64,000 bases of DNA from Candidatus Rubrimentiphilum sp. (GCA_036273135.1 DASUIF010000003.1:122742-186741); one strand, 5' to 3'. Counted from the first letter of the stretch, positions 50,383 through 59,983 are shown. Notes: a model not told the origin generated them from the sequence alone. Numbers and translations: made by a program.

Positions 50383-53300
50383 TGCGCCGTCTTATTGCCT
50401 TTCTTTTGACGTTAACGCTCGTTGCGACCCTGACGCCGGCCGCCCGGGCGCAATCCGATACGGGTGAAATTTGGATCACGGTGCAAGACGCGGGCTCCAA
50501 AGCGCCGGTCATTTTAGCGCGCGTCTTACTGGACGGTCCGGTAGTCACCACCGAGTACACCGGCAACGACGGGAAAGTTCACTTCATCGACGTGCCCGAT
50601 GGAATCTATCGCGCGCGCGTTTTCGCGCGCGGCTTTGAGGCGGTGACGTCTGCGAATTTCGAAGTGACCAATGGCCGTTCGGTGACTGTTGCCGTCGAAT
50701 TGGCTCAGTCAACGGCGTCGCCTCTGCGCACGATTGCTTCGGTCGTTTCAAAATCCACGGCGACCGTTTCGGCGACCGCCGTAACGGCGAACAGCGCCCA
50801 ACGCAAACTTTCCGATACGCTAGCCGACGCGCTCGGCACGCTCTCGGGTGTGAATTTGACGACATCGAGCAACGACAGCGATGCAACCCAAACCATTTCA
50901 CTCGAGGGTCAAGACGCGAGTCAAACGGCGCTCTCCGTCAATGGGATTCCGCTAAACGGGCCCGGCTCGGCCGGTAACGTCCGCGCGATCAACTCCGATC
51001 TGTTTACGGGGGCGAACGTTTCGTTCGGTCCGCAAACCGGCGGATTTGGCGGAGGCGGCGTCGGCTTCTCAACGCTGCAGCCGACGCTGTCATGGCAGAG
51101 CGAGTTTTCGCTCTCGGCCGGCAGCAACGGCAAAAACAATTACCTGGCAGCGGAGAGCGGCTCTATCGGGAAGCTCGGATTTGCGTTCACGCATACGTTT
51201 CGCGCAACGCCCAGTCTCCTCGATGGAATGACGTTCCTCGACGCGAGTGGCTTGACGTATAGCCACAACGGCGACCGCAACAGCAGCGGAACGCTGCTCA
51301 ACATGCGCTATCAGTTAACTGACGCGCAGACACTCAGCGCGCTCTTCATGCACTCGGTGAACTCTGCAAACATCGTTTGCACGCAATTTACCGGGCCGGT
51401 GCCTTGCGGCTACGGCCCCGATAACACGACGAATACCAACTTCGATCTGTATTCGTTGACTGACAACGCGCTCATCGGCGACACACAGGTCGCGGCGTCG
51501 TTTTACGGGACGCGCGTGAACACGCTCAACGATATGCTGAACCGGTTTGTCGGCGGCGTGGCCCAGCCAACCGGCACCCAGTCGACGAATTATTCCAATG
51601 GTTTTACATTGAACGCGACGCTGCCGGCACGCGATCGGCATACGATTTCGATTACGGCCAATACCAGTAACAGCCGAAGTGCCTTTACGCCGCTGGTTGC
51701 CGCAGCGGCTCCGTATACGTTCAACGGTCAAACCAACAGTTATTCGTCGGTCACGATCAACGATTCCATTCGCGCGAATCCGAAGCTGCGCTTCAACGAT
51801 TCGATCGGGATAAGCCGTTCGAGCACCGGTCCCGGCACCTTACTCTTAGGCTTCAGTACGAATTGGGCGCCGACAACGAGCGACACGTACGCATTTAATT
51901 ATAACATCGGTGGCAACGGCGCACGCCTCGGGCGCGAAGGCGTTCTTTCGGATCCCGCACAGCTGCGTTTCGACTGCAACGGAGGCATTGCGTTCGGCAG
52001 CGCGCCGGGCGATAATGCTACGGCTAGCTCCTCTATCTCGACGCGCCTCAGCTACACGCACAAAATGAACGGCGGCCTAATCAGCGCGCAGGTCTACCGC
52101 CAGACGCAGAACGGCGTCGTTCTGCCGGTCGATGTGAACGGCACCGCGCTCGTCGGCAACGGAATCTTCCCGCCCAACTATTTTGCCATCGCGCAGAACA
52201 CGTACGTCAACGAATGCGGCGTTCCGGTGGTAAGTGGTTTTGGCCCGCAGAACACCTATTTCTCGACGCCTATCTCCGGCGTGCAGCGCGTCTACGAAGG
52301 CTTCTCGCTCAACGGGTACTTCACGCTGGGAAATCTGGTCGTGGAGCCGTTTTACGATACGCAGGTCGCTAAGGCGAACAGCAGCGATCCGCGTTTCGTC
52401 AACCCGTACGCGATCACCATTTCAGGCGCGCAGCTTCCGAACGTCCCGCTCCATCGCGCGGGGTTGACGCTCGACTATAAGCCGCCGCGCTCGGCCTTTG
52501 AATGGCTGGCCAGGGCGAATTACACCGGCAGCAATAATTCACAGAACTTGCCCGCGTACACGACAATTGACGCAGGGATCAATTACCATGCATCGCGCGG
52601 GGATCTCACCTTTGCGGCAAGCAACATCACCAATGTCTACGGCGGGATTTTTGCCACGTCGCAAGGCGCGGTCCCGTACGTGACGCAGCTCGGAACGATC
52701 ATTCCAACCGTCGCTCGGCCGAATCCGCCGCGGCAGTACTCGGTCACGTACACCGTTCGCTTTGGTCAAAACGTGCCGCAAAGCTCCGGCACATCGACTC
52801 TTAACTCGGCTATCGGCGGAAGAGAAGGCGGGGGGCCCGGCGGCCGCGGCGGCCCGGGCGGTATATTCTTCCGCCAGTTGACGCAGCTCCCGCAGAGCCC
52901 GCCCTCGAATCCGTTCGCGCTCAACTCTTCGACCCAACTGTGCAACGCCGACTCGCAGAAGATCGTGCAGCCGATTCTGACGGCACTCAAAGGTTACACT
53001 TCACAGATCGAAGCTGCCAAGTCGCCGGCGGGGTATCCGGCGACCGCGCCGCCGCCGCCGGTCATACCGGGAGTCTCGGTACAATATCACCCGTTGGGCA
53101 CGACCTACGCATTATCGATTTCGACGAGCAAGACGGCCCTGTTGCGCCCGGTCTTCACGTGCTCGACGTTCCATATCGCCGATCAGCAAACGGCCGATCA
53201 GCGTAAGCTCTTCGTCGAACCGAACGGCGGCATCTTTGCCGGGCCGACGCTAACCTTTATGCCGGCCGTCGGGCTGTATATCGCGCGCACGCCTCCGGCT

Positions 53301-53888
53301 CCCGGAACGGAAACGTTCCGCACGTACAAACTTCCGACGGCGCCCCCGAAAAATGCACTCGTTTATAATCCGAAGAGTCCGACGTGCACGACGGCGCAGA
53401 TGCGCACGACGGCGCAAACCGCCGTAGCCGAATTGCAAGCGCACTTTGCCAAAGGCGCTGCGGCTCCGGATTGGACGATCACGCCGAACGCGGCAAAAGC
53501 CGGAACATGGTATGCGCTTGTCCCTGAAGATATTACGTGGGTTCCAGCGCTCCTCAACTGCGGCCACGTCGCTTCGGCTACGCGCGACGATCTCACAAAA
53601 CTCGGTTGGGACGGAGCGAACCCGCCGAGCCTGAGCTACTCGCCCACGCTGGGTCTCTACCTCGTTACCGGCGGTTTCCAGCGTCAAGGCGGACCAAATC
53701 CCAACCCTAGCGGTTCACCGGGACCCAACGGTCAGCGGCGCGCGGGTGGTGGAGAAGGCGGCGGCTTTGGCGGCGGATTCATCATCCCGCTCTTCGGGGG
53801 CGGTCAGCGCCGGCCGGGAGCAAGTCCGTCTCCGTCGCCCGCCGCATCGCCATCGCCCGCGCCGGCGCCCGCGGCAACCCCGCACTAA
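50379..53888 (+). CDS. Outer-membrane TonB-dependent-receptor-like protein with CarboxypepD_reg domain and a 374-aa C-terminal extension
   Basis: 1169 aa with a signal peptide ...TPAARAQS. CarboxypepD_reg pattern GEIWITVQDAGSKAPVILARVLLDG...GNDGKVHFIDVPDGIYRARV. Plug-like ISLEGQDASQTALSVNGIPLN. The barrel ends at ...RQYSVTYTVRF (nt 52763). A Gly/Pro-rich extension follows. The TTG at 50379 / ATG at 50382 overlap the kinase stop (TGATG). Confidence 0.85.
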   Translation: MMRRLIAFLLTLTLVATLTPAARAQSDTGEIWITVQDAGSKAPVILARVLLDGPVVTTEYTGNDGKVHFIDVPDGIYRARVFARGFEAVTSANFEVTNGRSVTVAVELAQSTASPLRTIASVVSKSTATVSATAVTANSAQRKLSDTLADALGTLSGVNLTTSSNDSDATQTISLEGQDASQTALSVNGIPLNGPGSAGNVRAINSDLFTGANVSFGPQTGGFGGGGVGFSTLQPTLSWQSEFSLSAGSNGKNNYLAAESGSIGKLGFAFTHTFRATPSLLDGMTFLDASGLTYSHNGDRNSSGTLLNMRYQLTDAQTLSALFMHSVNSANIVCTQFTGPVPCGYGPDNTTNTNFDLYSLTDNALIGDTQVAASFYGTRVNTLNDMLNRFVGGVAQPTGTQSTNYSNGFTLNATLPARDRHTISITANTSNSRSAFTPLVAAAAPYTFNGQTNSYSSVTINDSIRANPKLRFNDSIGISRSSTGPGTLLLGFSTNWAPTTSDTYAFNYNIGGNGARLGREGVLSDPAQLRFDCNGGIAFGSAPGDNATASSSISTRLSYTHKMNGGLISAQVYRQTQNGVVLPVDVNGTALVGNGIFPPNYFAIAQNTYVNECGVPVVSGFGPQNTYFSTPISGVQRVYEGFSLNGYFTLGNLVVEPFYDTQVAKANSSDPRFVNPYAITISGAQLPNVPLHRAGLTLDYKPPRSAFEWLARANYTGSNNSQNLPAYTTIDAGINYHASRGDLTFAASNITNVYGGIFATSQGAVPYVTQLGTIIPTVARPNPPRQYSVTYTVRFGQNVPQSSGTSTLNSAIGGREGGGPGGRGGPGGIFFRQLTQLPQSPPSNPFALNSSTQLCNADSQKIVQPILTALKGYTSQIEAAKSPAGYPATAPPPPVIPGVSVQYHPLGTTYALSISTSKTALLRPVFTCSTFHIADQQTADQRKLFVEPNGGIFAGPTLTFMPAVGLYIARTPPAPGTETFRTYKLPTAPPKNALVYNPKSPTCTTAQMRTTAQTAVAELQAHFAKGAAAPDWTITPNAAKAGTWYALVPEDITWVPALLNCGHVASATRDDLTKLGWDGANPPSLSYSPTLGLYLVTGGFQRQGGPNPNPSGSPGPNGQRRAGGGEGGGFGGGFIIPLFGGGQRRPGASPSPSPAASPSPAPAPAATPH

Positions 53889-54403
53889 CGCTCGGTTGAG
53901 GTGCCCGCGAGGCGGGCGCGATCGACCATCTCTTTCATGCGCGGGTGATCGCCGGGAATCGTCGTGACCCATTTTTCGAATTTGGGAACCGGCTGACAAA
54001 CGCGGAAGAGAAAATACCAGACGTTCATCTCGCCCATGAACTTGAATCTGCGCTTGATGTCGGCGCTGAGCGCGGCGTACGTCGGAAACGACTGCAGATA
54101 CTTTTCGAAACCCTTGTGCGCGCGATCGAGGTCGAGTAGGGTCTGCGCGTTATGCAGAGTTGCGCGAATCTTCCGGGCGCTGTGCAGAATACCGGGAGCA
54201 TGAAGAAGACGATCGACGTCGCCTTCGGTGTACGCCGCGACCTTCGCGACGTCGAACGATTCGAATGCCTCCCGAAACGATTCCCAGCGCTGGGCGATCG
54301 AAGCCCAACTCAGACCGGCCTGGAAGACAGCTCGCGTCATGACTTCTAAATAGTCGTTTAAAGCCGGAGTGTCGACCTGCCCGGGGATGGTCGAGTGCGC
54401 CAC
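53885..54403 (-). CDS. tag: DNA-3-methyladenine glycosylase I-like protein (divergent Tag)
   Basis: FQAGLSWASIAQRWESFREAFESFDVAKVAAYTEGDVDRLLHAPGILHSARKIRATLHNA matches the Tag helix-hairpin-helix core. The GTG at 54403 overlaps the upstream stop by 1 nt (TAGTG). The Arg-rich 5' part of the ORF-track ORF was discarded. Confidence 0.7.
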   Translation of the reverse strand: MAHSTIPGQVDTPALNDYLEVMTRAVFQAGLSWASIAQRWESFREAFESFDVAKVAAYTEGDVDRLLHAPGILHSARKIRATLHNAQTLLDLDRAHKGFEKYLQSFPTYAALSADIKRRFKFMGEMNVWYFLFRVCQPVPKFEKWVTTIPGDHPRMKEMVDRARLAGTSTER

Positions 54404-55581
54404 TACGGTGCGTGCGCCGGTGCGTCGAAAGCGAGCGCGGTCATCATCGCAACGCCGGCGGGTAGCGCGGCCTCGTCGATGTCGAAGGTGCTTGAATGGT
54501 GAGGGTTCGCCGTTTCGCTTTTGCCGCGCGCTCCGAGCGTGTAAAAACATGCCGGCACACGCTGAGCGAAAAACGAGAAATCTTCGGCTCCCATCAATTT
54601 ATCCGCCGCGAAAACGCGTGCGTCGCCAAAGAGCTTGCGGGCCAGACCTTCGGCATACTGCGACTGACCCGGATCGTTGGCCGTGACCGGGTAGCGCTTG
54701 AGATACCGGTAGTCGTACGACGCGCCGGCCGCGTCGCAGGACGCCTTGAGGATCCGCTCTATTCTGCCCGGCATTGAATCGCGCAGCTCTTCGGAAAACG
54801 CGCGTACCGTGCCGAGCATGCGAACGGTGCGCGGAATCACGTTATGGATCGTCCCGCCGTGGATGGCGCCGATCGTGACGACCGCAGGTTCGAGCGGGTC
54901 GACGTTGCGGCTAACTATCTGCTGCAGCGACGTGACGAACTCGGCCGCCGTCAAAATGGGATCGATCGTATCGTGCGGAGCCGCGCCGTGACCACCTTTT
55001 CCCAGCACTTCGATTTCGATGGAATCGCTCGACGCGTAGAACGGACCGCTGCGAAAGCCCAGCGTTCCCGTCTCGTATTTGGAACTCAGATGCAGACCGT
55101 AGGCGCGCTCGATTCCAAAACGATCGATGACGCCTTCTTCGACCATGGCTTGCGCGCCGCCCTGACCTTCCTCGGCCGGCTGGAAAACCAGGCAGAGGGT
55201 TCCCGTGAGTTCTTCGCGGCGCTCCGCGATCAGTTCGGCGGCGCCGAGCAAAATAGCGACGTGACCATCGTGGCCGCAGGCGTGCATGACGCCGTCGTTG
55301 CGCGATCGGTACGGGTGCGAATTCTCCTCGACTATCGGCAGCGCGTCCATGTCGGCGCGCAGCATGATCGTGCGCCCGGGTCTCGCTCCGCGCATGATTC
55401 CGACCACGCCGGTGCGCGCGATGCCGGTATGAACGTCGTAGCCCAGACTTCTTAGGCGCTCGGCGATGATTCCGGCCGTGCGCTCTTCCTGAAAACCGAG
55501 TTCGGGATGCATATGCAGGTCCCGGCGAGTGCTGACGACCTGGCCGGCGAGCTTCGCGGGCACCTCGATGGTAGCGGTCAT
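54403..55581 (-). CDS. M20-family amidohydrolase (N-acyl-amino-acid amidohydrolase / hippuricase-like)
   Basis: RRDLHMHPELGFQEERTAGIIAERL, RADMDALP, MHACGHDGH, FQPAEEG. Start taken at ATG 55581 (MTATIEV); the ORF track extends to 55707. Confidence 0.85.
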   Translation of the reverse strand: MTATIEVPAKLAGQVVSTRRDLHMHPELGFQEERTAGIIAERLRSLGYDVHTGIARTGVVGIMRGARPGRTIMLRADMDALPIVEENSHPYRSRNDGVMHACGHDGHVAILLGAAELIAERREELTGTLCLVFQPAEEGQGGAQAMVEEGVIDRFGIERAYGLHLSSKYETGTLGFRSGPFYASSDSIEIEVLGKGGHGAAPHDTIDPILTAAEFVTSLQQIVSRNVDPLEPAVVTIGAIHGGTIHNVIPRTVRMLGTVRAFSEELRDSMPGRIERILKASCDAAGASYDYRYLKRYPVTANDPGQSQYAEGLARKLFGDARVFAADKLMGAEDFSFFAQRVPACFYTLGARGKSETANPHHSSTFDIDEAALPAGVAMMTALAFDAPAHAP

Positions 55582-55728
55582 GGAGAAGCTGTTCGCCCTC
55601 GGGGTGCGGGTGACCCCATAAGGCTCAGGCGGCGGCCCGCCGGGGTCTTCCTTTTCGGCAAATCGCGTGGTAGGATTTGCCGCAAGCGAATCCACCAACC
55701 AATCCACCTGAGTAAGGAGTCCCGTTTA

Positions 55729-56046
55729 GTGTACGTCGATGAAATGTTGAACTGCGTGGACTGCGGACGTCAATTTGCGTTCACGGCCGGCGAACAGCAG
55801 TTCTACGCCACCAAAGGTTTTCAAAATAAGCCCAACCGTTGTCCCGATTGCCGCCAGGCGCGCAAGCAAATGCGTTCGCAAAGCGGCGGCGGAATGAGCG
55901 GAGGCGGCGGTGGCCAGCGCAACCGCGAAATGTTCCAAGCCACGTGCAGCCAGTGCGGCGGCGTAGCCGAAGTGCCGTTCCAGCCGCGCGGCGACAAGCC
56001 GGTATACTGTCGCGATTGCTTCGCGTCGCGCCCGAACTACCGCTAA
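55729..56046 (+). CDS. Zinc-ribbon protein (two CxxC pairs x2, Gly-rich linker)
   Basis: AAGGAG at 55713-55718, 10 nt before the GTG at 55729. Motifs: CVDCGRQFAFTAGEQQFYATKGFQNKPNRCPDCR and CSQCGG...VYCRDC. Confidence 0.7.
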   Translation: MYVDEMLNCVDCGRQFAFTAGEQQFYATKGFQNKPNRCPDCRQARKQMRSQSGGGMSGGGGGQRNREMFQATCSQCGGVAEVPFQPRGDKPVYCRDCFASRPNYR

Positions 56047-56064
56047 CTTTCGCTGTTTCCAAGA

Positions 56065-57525
56065 CTAGCCCGCCGGTACGCCGGCGGGCTTTTTCTTTTC
56101 GGGAAATGCGAGCGCGATCAGGATGCAGATTGCCGCGTTGATGAGCAGCGCATAGAAGCCGCCGTTTATTCCGCCGGGAGCGATTGCAAAGTGAACGGAA
56201 AAGTACCCTAAGCACTCTCCGGCAACCAATCCGGCCGCGACCGCCGCGGCTCCGACGCGCGGCCACGCGATCGCGAAGATTACGCCGGGCGCCAATTGAG
56301 TGATGCCGACGTAGTAGAAGAGCAGCAAATCGACGAGCGACGTTTTGAAGAAGATCCACAACGTGAGCGCCAGGAATGCTACGATTAGCACGAGTATGCG
56401 CGTCGCCATCGTGCGCTGGCGGTCGCCGGTGGCGGCATTGAGCCAATCGCCGAGTACATTCTTTGAAAAGACGCTGGCTGCGCCAAGCAGTAAGGTCGAA
56501 GCGGGCAGCAGTGCTGCCAGGCATCCCGCGCTCGCAACGATGCCGAGCGCGGCGGGCGAATAGTAGTGCTGCATCACCAGCATGAACGACTGATCGGCGG
56601 CGGGACCTTTCAAACCCGGTGTGACCGCCAACGCCGTGAGCCCCGCAAAAAAAGCGAACACCAGCACCAGCTGATAGAGCGGCATATAGACCATGTTGCG
56701 CCGAAGCGTCTCGGCATTTTTTGCCGAATAAATGGCCGGAGCGTTGGCCGGACCCATGAAGAAGCCGACCCCTGAGAGTAAAATCGTCGTGACGAACCAC
56801 GGCACGGTGTACGCCGCATTTGTCGCGCCGGGCGGCGGAAGCGTCAGCCAGTGGGGATGGAGTTTTAGCACGTGATCGATCATACCGAGCGGGGAACCAA
56901 AGAAACGGATCGGAATGGCAATTCCGGCAAACAGTATCGCGCCCAAGACGAGCGCGTCCTTTACGACGCTGGCCCATGCCGTGCCGCGCAGTCCGGCCGT
57001 GAAAACGAAGAGCGCCATCAAAGTAAAGGCGACGCTCACGGCGGCCGTGGCGTTGTACTGGCCGTATCCCGCAATCGTCAGCAAGATTTGCAATCCGGTG
57101 AGCTGCAGCGTAACGTATGGCACGACCAGTAGGAATTGAAGAACGGCAACCGCTATTCCGAGCGGCTTGCTTCCGTAGCGGTGTATGAAGAGGTCGGGGA
57201 GCGTCAGCAGTCCGTGGTCTTTGCCGAGCCGCCAAATGGGCGGCAGCAGGAAAAAACCGATACAATACGCGACGGTTCCGTACGCGAGAATATAAAATGT
57301 CGCGGCGCCTTTGCCGTAAGCCCAACCCGCCGCGCCCAAGAACGTGAAGCTCGTATAGATCTCGCCGGCGAGCAAGATCCACAACAGCAACGCACCGAAC
57401 GAACGGCTTCCGACGATGAATTCATGGGGGTCCATTTTCAAACGCCGCACGCTTAAGAGCGCAAAAGCGATCGTTCCGAGAATAACGGCGGCGATAATGG
57501 TGAGCGCCAGCGTCTCGGGCTTCAC
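56065..57525 (-). CDS. Sodium:solute symporter (SSS) family transporter
   Basis: 486 aa, about 13 TM. SSS-like blocks: GSRSFGALLLWILLAGEIYTSFTFLGAAGWAY and GLRGTAWASVVKD. Confidence 0.9.
   Translation of the reverse strand: MKPETLALTIIAAVILGTIAFALLSVRRLKMDPHEFIVGSRSFGALLLWILLAGEIYTSFTFLGAAGWAYGKGAATFYILAYGTVAYCIGFFLLPPIWRLGKDHGLLTLPDLFIHRYGSKPLGIAVAVLQFLLVVPYVTLQLTGLQILLTIAGYGQYNATAAVSVAFTLMALFVFTAGLRGTAWASVVKDALVLGAILFAGIAIPIRFFGSPLGMIDHVLKLHPHWLTLPPPGATNAAYTVPWFVTTILLSGVGFFMGPANAPAIYSAKNAETLRRNMVYMPLYQLVLVFAFFAGLTALAVTPGLKGPAADQSFMLVMQHYYSPAALGIVASAGCLAALLPASTLLLGAASVFSKNVLGDWLNAATGDRQRTMATRILVLIVAFLALTLWIFFKTSLVDLLLFYYVGITQLAPGVIFAIAWPRVGAAAVAAGLVAGECLGYFSVHFAIAPGGINGGFYALLINAAICILIALAFPEKKKPAGVPAG
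56067..56100 (+). terminator. Rho-independent terminator for the zinc-ribbon gene, embedded in the 3' codons of the convergent symporter gene
   Basis: AGCCCGCCGG-TACG-CCGGCGGGCT (10-bp stem) followed by TTTTCTTTTC. Confidence 0.65.
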
Positions 57526-57719
57526 GGAGTGCGCCTCAGACGATTAGCGGTCAGTAAAAAAACCGGTGTGACCGCGACCCAAAACACCATCCACGCCAGC
57601 AAGAACGGGAACCCGAGGATACGCGGCTCCTCGCGATTGGCGAACGGAATCGCCAGCGTGAGCATGATGGGCGGAATTGCCGCAAGAGCAGCCCGCGTAA
57701 AACGCGCGGCGGGTGTCAT
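57522..57719 (-). CDS. Small membrane protein, DUF3311-like (typical SSS-transporter partner)
   Basis: 65 aa from ATG 57719, two TM helices (PFLLAWMVFWVAVTPVFLL). 4-nt overlap with the SSS gene. The longer ORF-track start would overlap the divergent oxidoreductase gene. Confidence 0.6.
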   Translation of the reverse strand: MTPAARFTRAALAAIPPIMLTLAIPFANREEPRILGFPFLLAWMVFWVAVTPVFLLTANRLRRTP

Positions 57720-57748
57720 CTTGCGGATACTAGTAGTATAAGCGCCTT

Positions 57749-59332
57749 GTGAAAACCTATGACGCGATCGTCGTCGGCGCTGGGCATAATGGCCTGGTTG
57801 CGGCATGCTACCTGGCGCGCGCTAAACGCAAGGTCCTCGTCCTCGAACGGCGATACATCGTCGGCGGGGCGTGTGTGACGGAAGAGCGCACTTTCCCCGG
57901 TTACAAAGTCTCGACGGCCGCCTATGTGAACAGCCTTTTCCGCCCGGAGATCATTCGCGATCTCCGGTTGCGCGATTACGGTTTTGAGCTGCTGGAGCGC
58001 AATCCGGCTTCGTTTTCGCCCTTTCTCGACGGCCGCTATTTGATTTTAGGCTCCGACAAGAAGAGCGATGTGGACGAAATCACCAAATTCAGCCGTAAAG
58101 ACGCGCGCCGTTACGACGAGTACGAAAAGATGCTCGAACGAGTGGCAGCCGTCATCGAACCGACCCTCGGACAGAGACCACCCAACGTCGTCAGGCCGTC
58201 CGTTCTCGATCTCATAAAAATGGCGAAGCTCGGACGCGGCATGCAAAAACTCGGCCCTCAGATGGGTGAAGCGGTGGAGATTCTGACCGGCGCAGCGCGA
58301 CCAATCCTGGATCGCTGGTTCGAATCGGAAGAGCTCAAGGCGACGCTTGCGACGGACGCGATCATCGGCGCGTTCGCGCCGCCGTCGATGCCCGGTACCG
58401 CCTACGTCCTCTTTCATCACGTCATGGGCGAGACCAACGGTAGGCGCGGGGTGTGGGCGTACGTTCGCGGCGGTATGGGCGGGCTGACCCAGGCGCTGGC
58501 GAAAGCGGCGTCCGATCTTGGCGTCGAGATCAGAACCGAAGCGGAAGTCGCGCGCCTTTTGGTTGGCGACGGCGCCGTCCGTGGCGTGGCGCTTGTCAAT
58601 GGCGACGAATACGCAGCCCCGGTAGTCGCGAGCAATGCCGACTGCAACGTTACATTCAACAAGCTGCTCGGCCGCGAATATTTACCGCCGGATTTTGTCG
58701 ACGCCATCGACCGGATTAGTTACGACAGCGCGTCGGCGAAAATCAATGTCGCGCTCGAGCGTTTGCCGGATTTTACGGCGCTTCCGGGCACGCAGATCGG
58801 TCCGCAGCACCGCGGCACGGTTCACCTTTGCCCCGATCAAGATTTCATCGAGCGCGCCTATGACGATGCCAAGTACGGCAAGCCGTCGCGCGAGCCGGTC
58901 GTCGAATGCACGATACCGTCTTCGGTCGACGATACGGTTGCGCCGCCCGGGAAACACCTCATGTCGATGTTCGTGCAATACGCTCCGTTCGCGCCGAAAG
59001 GTGCGCCGTGGAACTCCGCCACGAAAGATGCATTTGCCGATAGCTGCTTCGACGTCGTCGAGCGTTACGCGCCCGGATTCAAGAACAGCGTTATCGATCG
59101 CCAAGTGCTCACGCCGCCGGATATCGAAAATATGTTTGGTCTGACGGGCGGAAACATTTTCCAAGGCGCGATGACACTCGACCATCTTTTCACGTTCAGG
59201 CCTGCGCCGGGCTACGCCGGGTACCGGATGCCCGTAAAAGGGTTATTTCTGTGCGGATCTGCAGCTCATCCGGGCGGCGGAGTAATGGGCGCCGCGGGTT
59301 TAAACGCCGCCAAGGAGATGCTAAAAACGTGA
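57749..59332 (+). CDS. FAD-dependent oxidoreductase, phytoene-desaturase (CrtI)-like family
   Basis: 527 aa. N-terminal dinucleotide fold YDAIVVGAGHNGLVAACYLARAKRKVLVLERRYIVGGA. C-terminal GLFLCGSAAHPGGGV. Confidence 0.85.
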   Translation: MKTYDAIVVGAGHNGLVAACYLARAKRKVLVLERRYIVGGACVTEERTFPGYKVSTAAYVNSLFRPEIIRDLRLRDYGFELLERNPASFSPFLDGRYLILGSDKKSDVDEITKFSRKDARRYDEYEKMLERVAAVIEPTLGQRPPNVVRPSVLDLIKMAKLGRGMQKLGPQMGEAVEILTGAARPILDRWFESEELKATLATDAIIGAFAPPSMPGTAYVLFHHVMGETNGRRGVWAYVRGGMGGLTQALAKAASDLGVEIRTEAEVARLLVGDGAVRGVALVNGDEYAAPVVASNADCNVTFNKLLGREYLPPDFVDAIDRISYDSASAKINVALERLPDFTALPGTQIGPQHRGTVHLCPDQDFIERAYDDAKYGKPSREPVVECTIPSSVDDTVAPPGKHLMSMFVQYAPFAPKGAPWNSATKDAFADSCFDVVERYAPGFKNSVIDRQVLTPPDIENMFGLTGGNIFQGAMTLDHLFTFRPAPGYAGYRMPVKGLFLCGSAAHPGGGVMGAAGLNAAKEMLKT

Positions 59333-59982
59333 ACTCAAAATCGTTCCTCGTGCCGGATGCGATCTACGAGTACATTCTGAAGACGACGCTCCGGGAGACG
59401 CCCGTGCAGCGCGAGTTACGCGAACGCACGGCGACGATGCCGCAGGCGCGGATGCAGACCGGTCCCGATCAGCTGCAGTTCATGCAGTTACTGGTCCGGG
59501 CAATTGGAGCGCGGCGGTGCATAGAGGTAGGCGTGTACACGGGTGCGAGCGCGTTGGCGGTGGCGCTGGCAATGCCCGATGACGGGAAGATTGTGGCCTG
59601 CGACGTCAGCGAGGAGTACACGGCGATCGCCCGGGAGTTTTGGGGACGCGCCGGAGTGGCCAACAAGATTGACCTGCGGCTGGCGCCCGGCGTAGAAACG
59701 CTGAAAGCGCTGCTCGAGCAGGGCGAATTTGATTTCGCCTACATCGATGCCGACAAGACGAATTACGACGCGTATTACGAGCTCGTGTTGCGCCTGTTGC
59801 GCCCGGGCGGATTAATCGCGATCGATAACGTCTTATGGGGCGGTGACGTCGCCGATCCGGCGGAGGCGGACGCGGATACGGTGGCGCTGCGCAAGATCAA
59901 CGAAAAGATCGGCCGCGACGACCGGGTGGACAGCAGCTTATTGACGATCGGCGATGGGCTTACCGTCGTTCGCAAGAGGTGA
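59329..59982 (+). CDS. Class I SAM-dependent O-methyltransferase (caffeoyl-CoA OMT-like)
   Basis: GTGA overlap with the upstream stop. Motifs: GARRCIEVGVYTGASALAVA (SAM motif I), DFAYIDADKTNY, GGLIAIDNVLWGG. Confidence 0.85.
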   Translation: MNSKSFLVPDAIYEYILKTTLRETPVQRELRERTATMPQARMQTGPDQLQFMQLLVRAIGARRCIEVGVYTGASALAVALAMPDDGKIVACDVSEEYTAIAREFWGRAGVANKIDLRLAPGVETLKALLEQGEFDFAYIDADKTNYDAYYELVLRLLRPGGLIAIDNVLWGGDVADPAEADADTVALRKINEKIGRDDRVDSSLLTIGDGLTVVRKR

Positions 59983-59983
59983 G

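Noticed and set aside
55781-57382. 533-aa ORF overlapping the symporter gene in another minus-strand frame
   Set aside because: Extremely Arg-rich with no hydrophobic pattern. The 56065-57525 frame gives a clean 13-TM SSS transporter.
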